DNA of 64,000 bases, taken from assembly GCA_902577515.1 (NCBI GenBank), contig CACGZJ010000003.1, forward strand, positions 32,418-96,417, written 5' to 3'. The stretch's first letter is position 1. Each line of letters opens with the position of its first letter. A model generated the notes under the pieces. The model searched no databases, was not told the DNA's origin, and saw only the letters and a list, made by a program, of their open reading frames with translations. Positions 59,048 to 64,000 of the stretch are shown here, one piece after another. The DNA comes from an uncultured Bacteroidota bacterium. Its GTDB lineage: Bacteria; Bacteroidota; Bacteroidia; Flavobacteriales; Flavobacteriaceae. Position numbers and translations under genes: made by a program.

Positions 59048-60023
59048 AGCTTTTTATAAAACCATATTGATTCTTTTGATTTTTGGCCTATTAGGGGGTT
59101 GTAATTCTAATGGTTCAAATGCTTACGTTCCAGAATCAAGTGGAAATATTAATGCATTAACCGTAGTTATGCCTCAAGCTTTATGGAGCAAATCATTAGG
59201 AACGGATGTAAGAAACATATTAATGGAGCCCTATGAAGGCCTCCCTTTTGATGAACCAAAATATGACTTATATCATCTTGACCCATCTATTTTTACAGGA
59301 TTTGCTAGAAGTGGAAGAAATATAGTTTTTTTCAAAAAAGACACATCCAATCAAGGTTTTAGATTGATTAAAAATTTGTGGGCAAGACCTCAGATAGCAG
59401 GACTTATTACAGGAGAAGATGAAGAAATTATGAAGTTTTATTTTGATGAGAATAAAGACCTTCTTTTAAGATCAATAAATGAGAATGAAAGATTAGAAAA
59501 GATCAGAAGAATGTCAAAAGCATTAAATAAAGACAAAGAGCTAGAAGATAGGTTTGGAATATCTATGACCTTTCCAGATGCATATAAAACTGTAAAAGAC
59601 ACAACTAATTTTGTATGGATTGAAAAGGAAATTTACAAAGGACATCTAAACATCATAGCTTACACTTTGCCCTTAGACATAGATCTAAAGAAAATCGAGG
59701 AAAGAATACCTGCAATAAGAGATTCAATTGGAAAAATTTATGTTCCCGGAAGAGTTCCAGGTTCTTATATGATAACAGAAAGAGCGTATTTGCCATATTA
59801 TTATAAAACTAGAGTCAATAATCTTGAGGCTATACTAACTAAAGGAACATGGGAGGTACAAAACGACTTTATGGCAGGCCCTTATGTAAACTTTATAATT
59901 AAAGACACTTTAAATGAAAGAAACATCGTGGTTGAAGGGTTTTCCTTTGCACCTTCTGAGAGCAAAAGAGATTATATGTTTGAACTAAACACTATAATAA
60001 CGACTATGAAGCTAGTAAATTAG
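59037..60023 (+). CDS. hypothetical lipoprotein (DUF4837-like)
   Basis: I start it at MRIKAFYKT..LLGGC, which gives a lipobox; it overlaps the pgk stop by 11 nt. The family name is from memory only. Confidence 0.55.
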   Translation: MRIKAFYKTILILLIFGLLGGCNSNGSNAYVPESSGNINALTVVMPQALWSKSLGTDVRNILMEPYEGLPFDEPKYDLYHLDPSIFTGFARSGRNIVFFKKDTSNQGFRLIKNLWARPQIAGLITGEDEEIMKFYFDENKDLLLRSINENERLEKIRRMSKALNKDKELEDRFGISMTFPDAYKTVKDTTNFVWIEKEIYKGHLNIIAYTLPLDIDLKKIEERIPAIRDSIGKIYVPGRVPGSYMITERAYLPYYYKTRVNNLEAILTKGTWEVQNDFMAGPYVNFIIKDTLNERNIVVEGFSFAPSESKRDYMFELNTIITTMKLVN

Positions 60024-60027
60024 AATA

Positions 60028-60180
60028 CTATTCTTTAGTTTCTTCTTCTTCCTCTTTTGTAGCTTTTTTAAACTCCTTAATTCCACTTCCAAGCCCTCTC
60101 ATAAGTTCAGGAATTTTTCTACCACCAAAAAGTAGAAGAACGACAATAATAATTAGAATAATTTGAGGTCCACCTATCAT
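60028..60180 (-). CDS. tatA: twin-arginine translocase subunit TatA/E
   Basis: This 50-aa gene is not in the ORF track because it is under 60 aa. The sequence [50 protein letters not shown] has the canonical TM helix, FGxxKLPE-like hinge and amphipathic helix. Confidence 0.85.
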   Translation of the reverse strand: MIGGPQIILIIIVVLLLFGGRKIPELMRGLGSGIKEFKKATKEEEEETKE

Positions 60181-60212
60181 ATTTGAATATTTATTGAACT
60201 ATGTTCCAAGAA

Positions 60213-60220
60213 CAAATTTA
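60213..60220 (-). promoter_or_regulatory. candidate -7 box TAAATTTG (minus strand)
   Basis: Plus strand reads caaattta. It lies 32 nt upstream of the tatA ATG. Confidence 0.4.
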
Positions 60221-60281
60221 AAGAATTATTTTTTGTAATATGAATTTATTAAACAGATAATAACTTCTAACTAACTATACA

Positions 60282-60289
60282 TATATTTG
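60282..60289 (+). promoter_or_regulatory. -7 box TATATTTG, 5 nt from the ATG
   Basis: Only catta separates it from the ATG at 60295. Confidence 0.6.
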
Positions 60290-60294
60290 CATTA

Positions 60295-61152
60295 ATGCCA
60301 AAAAAGAAAAAAAACACCTTATTTGAAAAGCTTTCTTCAAGGTTTCATATACTTTTAGTTAATGAAAAAACTCTTGAAAAGAAAAAACTTTTTTCTTCTT
60401 CAACTTCAAGTTTAATTGTTTCATTATTATTTGTGTTTATCCTTTTGCTTTCAACATCTTTTTTGGTAATATATTTTACCCCTCTGAAAGAATACTTTAG
60501 AGGTTATACAAGTGTTGAATTAAGAGAAAATTCAATAGAAAATGCTTTAAAATTGGATTCTCTTGAAACCCTGTACATAATTCAGTCTAGATATATAAAC
60601 TCATTGAAGGATCTGCTTGCAGGAAATATTTCCTTTGAAGATCTTAATCAAGACAGTATCAGAATTCAAAACAATGCAATTGAACTTGAGCTTATAAAAC
60701 CAAATGAAGAAGATTCTTTACTAAGAGCAATAGTTGAAGAAGAAGACAAGTACAATGCCTTCGATATTCTAGGAGAAAGATTTACGACAGTTTTATTTCC
60801 ACCTGTAAGTGGAGGACTTTCTTCTAGCTTCGACCCAGAAAACAAACACTACGGTGTCGATATTGTTATGCCTCAGAACTCACCTGTTCACTCAATTAGC
60901 GAAGGAATTGTAGTTTTTTCTGAATGGACATCTGAAACAGGATATGTAATTATCATTGAACACTTAAATGGTCTTACCTCAATATATAAACACAACTCAT
61001 CCTTGGTCAAGTCTCAGGGAGAAAGAGTAGAAACTGGAGAAATTATTGCATTTACAGGAAATACGGGAGAGCTAACTACAGGACCACACTTACATTTTGA
61101 ACTTTGGTATCAAGGGGAGCCAGTTGATCCACAGAGTTATATTGAATTCTAG
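60295..61152 (+). CDS. membrane-anchored M23 family metallopeptidase
   Basis: 285 aa. N-terminal TM, coiled-coil-like linker, and intact HYGVD and GPHLHFE motifs. Confidence 0.88.
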   Translation: MPKKKKNTLFEKLSSRFHILLVNEKTLEKKKLFSSSTSSLIVSLLFVFILLLSTSFLVIYFTPLKEYFRGYTSVELRENSIENALKLDSLETLYIIQSRYINSLKDLLAGNISFEDLNQDSIRIQNNAIELELIKPNEEDSLLRAIVEEEDKYNAFDILGERFTTVLFPPVSGGLSSSFDPENKHYGVDIVMPQNSPVHSISEGIVVFSEWTSETGYVIIIEHLNGLTSIYKHNSSLVKSQGERVETGEIIAFTGNTGELTTGPHLHFELWYQGEPVDPQSYIEF

Positions 61153-62646
61153 ATGAAAACAATAATTGCAATTTTATATGCCCATCTTGTAAAAAGACGA
61201 AACAAAAAATGGATTTCTAGTCCAATAAAATGGCAAACAATCACATTTAAAAAACTAATAAAAAATGGAGTAAAAACTGAGTTTGGAAAAAACCATGACT
61301 TTGAAAATATTCAATCTTATGAACAGTATAAAGAAAAGGTTCCTGTAAGAGACTATGAAGATTTAAGGCCTTATATTGAGAAAGTAGTTAATGGTGAAAA
61401 AGATATTTTATGGCCGGGTAAGCCATTATACTTTGCAAAAACAAGTGGAACTACTTCAGGAGCAAAATATATTCCTATTACTAAAGAGTCTATAAAAACA
61501 CATATTAGATCTGCGCGAGATGCGTTATTAAATTATTTCCTTAAAACAAAAAACTTCAAACCCCTAAATGGTAAACATATGTTTCTGCAAGGGAGTCCGG
61601 AATTGGAAAAGAAACAAGGAATATATCACGGAAGACTTTCCGGAATTAGTGCTCATTATGTACCAAAGCTTTTTCTTAGTAACAGAAAACCATCATGGAC
61701 TACCAACTGTATTGAAGATTGGGAAGATAAAGTAGAAGCTGTAATCAAAGAGACAGTCGGAGAGAAAATGACAATAATTGCGGGAATCCCATCTTGGGTG
61801 CAAATGTATTTTGAAAAAATTGTTTTAAAAGAAGGCAAAACAATTTCTCAAGTTTTTCCTGATCTTTCATTATATGTATACGGGGGGGTAAGCTACGAGC
61901 CCTATCGACAAATTTTTGACAAACTATTTGGAAAGAGTATAGACACGTTGGCCACTTTTCCTGCTTCCGAAGGGTTTTTTGGCTATCAGGACCAGTTCAA
62001 TAAAGATCAAACAGATCTTCTCCTACTTCTAAACAATTATATTTTCTATGAGTTTATAAAAGCAGAAGATTTTCTTAGTGGTAAGTATGACAGAATATCT
62101 ATTACAGATGTAGAACTGAATGTAAATTATCTATTGATAATATCAACATCAGCAGGATTATGGTCCTACAATATTGGAGATACAATCAAGTTTACTTCAA
62201 TAGACCCATACAGAATTATAGTTTCAGGAAGAATAAAACATTTTTTATCAGCTTTTGGGGAACATGTAATTTCTGAAGAGGTTGAGAAGGCAATGGAGGT
62301 AGCAACAAAACTTCATAATATTGCAATTAGAGAATTTACTGTTGCACCAAATATTAATCCTAAAAACATGCTTCCGCATCATGAATGGTATGTAGAATTT
62401 GAGAATTTACCTGAGGATATGTCGGCATTTACCAAATCGCTCGATAATGAAATGATAAATCAAAACATATATTATAAAGATTTAATTGATGGCAAAATAC
62501 TTAAAAGCCTTGAGGTGATTTCTGTTGAAATAGGGGGGTTTAATAAATATATGAAATCTGTTGGAAAACTAGGAGGGCAAAACAAAGTACCTAGGCTATC
62601 TAATGATAGAAAAATTGTTGATAAATTAAAAACATTAAACTCTTGA
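61153..62646 (+). CDS. bacterial GH3-family (adenylate-forming, JAR1-like) protein
   Basis: 497 aa. F.KTSGTTSG.AKYIP motif, and a VPVRDYEDLRPYIE N-terminal block typical of Bacteroidota GH3 homologues. The start directly follows the M23 stop (TAGATG). Confidence 0.8.
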   Translation: MKTIIAILYAHLVKRRNKKWISSPIKWQTITFKKLIKNGVKTEFGKNHDFENIQSYEQYKEKVPVRDYEDLRPYIEKVVNGEKDILWPGKPLYFAKTSGTTSGAKYIPITKESIKTHIRSARDALLNYFLKTKNFKPLNGKHMFLQGSPELEKKQGIYHGRLSGISAHYVPKLFLSNRKPSWTTNCIEDWEDKVEAVIKETVGEKMTIIAGIPSWVQMYFEKIVLKEGKTISQVFPDLSLYVYGGVSYEPYRQIFDKLFGKSIDTLATFPASEGFFGYQDQFNKDQTDLLLLLNNYIFYEFIKAEDFLSGKYDRISITDVELNVNYLLIISTSAGLWSYNIGDTIKFTSIDPYRIIVSGRIKHFLSAFGEHVISEEVEKAMEVATKLHNIAIREFTVAPNINPKNMLPHHEWYVEFENLPEDMSAFTKSLDNEMINQNIYYKDLIDGKILKSLEVISVEIGGFNKYMKSVGKLGGQNKVPRLSNDRKIVDKLKTLNS

Positions 62647-63686
62647 AACAGAACATTACACTTAGTTATTCAATAAACAGAAGTTTTGTTAAATCAGACA
62701 TCTATATTTTTGAGGCACTAGGGTATAATGTTCAAAGAATCTTGTCAAGGCCAAATAAAAGTACCATATATTTTTTATGGAATAGAACTAAAGAACTGCT
62801 AAAATCTTTGTTGTATATACCTAGTTCAAAAATAGTTATTTCTTGGTTTAATGATTATCATGCCCTGATACCAATTATAGTATCCAAGATTTTTTTAAAA
62901 AAATCAGTTATTATTGTAGGAGGTTATGATGCGATTGTTGACGATGAAAACAAACACGGAGTATTTTACAAACATAACATACGATCTAAAATAGCAAGAC
63001 TTAATTATAACTTGGCTTCTGAAATATGGGTAGTTCACAAATCACTTATCAAGGGTTGTGAAAAAGCATCTAGTAAATTTAATGTTATTTCAGGGGTTGA
63101 AAATTTCATTCAAAATAAACCACTTAAAATAAAAGAGATAAACACAGGATATGATTCAAGATTTTGGAATTATGACGAAACAACAAAAAAATCAGGGATT
63201 TTAACTGTTGCATTTTTTTCTGACAAAAGAGTCATCAATATTAAAGGCTTAAATAACTTTAACAGATTGGCTTCTTTACTCCCCAATAAAGAATTTTTGA
63301 TTGTAGGAGAATCTGGGATAAATATATCAGACTACATTAAGTTAGAACCAAACGTTAAGGTTATAGGAGTTCAAAATAAATTTCAAATTAAGAGCTTATA
63401 TCAAAAGTCAAAGTTTTATTTTCAGGGTTCAAGATTAGAGGGTTTGCCTAACTCATTATGTGAAGCAATGTTGTGTGGATGTGTGCCAATTGGATCTCAA
63501 GTATTTGGGATACCTGATGCTATTGGTTCAACAGGAATTTTATTTGATCTCGAAAAGGACCTTGATAAAGTAGCAGATTTCATTAATTCTAATATTGGAA
63601 TAAAAGAATTCAAAAATGCTAGAAAAAGAATAAAGAAAAAATTCAGTATTGCTTCAAGAATTGAAAAAATAAAAGAAAACATTTGA
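62643..63686 (+). CDS. GT-B glycosyltransferase (GT4-like)
   Basis: 347 aa. C-terminal EGLPNSLCEAMLCGCVPIG motif. The TTG start overlaps the GH3 stop (TTGA). Confidence 0.8.
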   Translation: MKQNITLSYSINRSFVKSDIYIFEALGYNVQRILSRPNKSTIYFLWNRTKELLKSLLYIPSSKIVISWFNDYHALIPIIVSKIFLKKSVIIVGGYDAIVDDENKHGVFYKHNIRSKIARLNYNLASEIWVVHKSLIKGCEKASSKFNVISGVENFIQNKPLKIKEINTGYDSRFWNYDETTKKSGILTVAFFSDKRVINIKGLNNFNRLASLLPNKEFLIVGESGINISDYIKLEPNVKVIGVQNKFQIKSLYQKSKFYFQGSRLEGLPNSLCEAMLCGCVPIGSQVFGIPDAIGSTGILFDLEKDLDKVADFINSNIGIKEFKNARKRIKKKFSIASRIEKIKENI

Positions 63687-63687
63687 T

Positions 63688-64000
63688 TTGGAGATAGGTG
63701 TATTAGGATATATTGGTTCAAGAAATATTGGGGATTATATTCAAACCAAGGCAGTAATTGACATGATTCACCCAATCAATCATAAGGTTATTGATAGAGA
63801 GGGTCTGCATAAATTCAAAGGATCTAAGATAAAGACAATCATCAATGGCTGGTTTATGGAAAATCCTAAAAATTGGCCACCAAACAATAATATATCTCCA
63901 TTATTTATTTCTTTTCATATTAATCCTTCTGCAGAGAAAGAGCTACTAAAACCAGAATCATTAAACTATCTAAAACAATATGAGCCTATTGGATGTAGAG
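63688..64000 (+). CDS. polysaccharide pyruvyl transferase-like protein; the 3' end lies outside the window
   Basis: An open frame runs from 63673 to the window end and is not in the track. The sequence ..GVLGYIGSRNIGDYIQTKA... ...YEPIGCR resembles the N-terminal NxGD and IGCRD blocks of that family. A TTG start at 63688 is assumed. Confidence 0.5.
   Translation, partial: MEIGVLGYIGSRNIGDYIQTKAVIDMIHPINHKVIDREGLHKFKGSKIKTIINGWFMENPKNWPPNNNISPLFISFHINPSAEKELLKPESLNYLKQYEPIGCR

Overview
This is a 64-kb chromosomal window from a low-GC, very tightly packed genome. I assign it to Bacteroidota, probably Flavobacteriia, by inference from three things: the TAnnTTTG -7 promoter boxes, the absence of Shine-Dalgarno sequences, and Bacteroidota-typical gene families such as bacterial GH3 and LVIVD. 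I support about 70 protein genes, 2 tRNAs (a CAT-anticodon tRNA that looks like tRNA-Ile2, and tRNA-Cys), and one 50-aa gene missing from the ORF track (tatA). I found no rRNA, CRISPR array, transposase or integrase.

Most of the window is housekeeping:
- pgi, recJ, rsmI, tdk, asd
- the yceD-rpmF-fabH-accB-accC lipid cluster
- pdxA, ribE, rbfA, dusB, lepA, rnpA, rpiB, rnr, folB, glnS, gltX, ybeY, mnmG, holB, pgk

The block from about 22.3 to 39.7 kb looks accessory and ends at the tRNA(CAT). It holds:
- an XRE-Stealth operon behind a repeated palindromic operator array
- a katG / LVIVD propeller / Met-His-repeat propeller / class-V aminotransferase string
- a long acyl-CoA dehydrogenase
- an SsuD-like monooxygenase with a Na+/solute symporter
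- an exported FGE-domain / Gfo-Idh-MocA / TIM-barrel trio

The observations most worth follow-up are:
1. -7 boxes that sit 3-5 nt from start codons, implying widespread leaderless mRNAs. The same boxes also explain several false TTG starts in the ORF track.
2. Two canonical parS sites bracketing mnmG.
3. The unexplained 413-bp T-rich spacer between rpiB and rnr.
4. The two uncharacterised gene modules in the accessory block (XRE-Stealth, and the katG-linked propeller string).

All functional calls come from reading motifs in the supplied translations. No database search was run.
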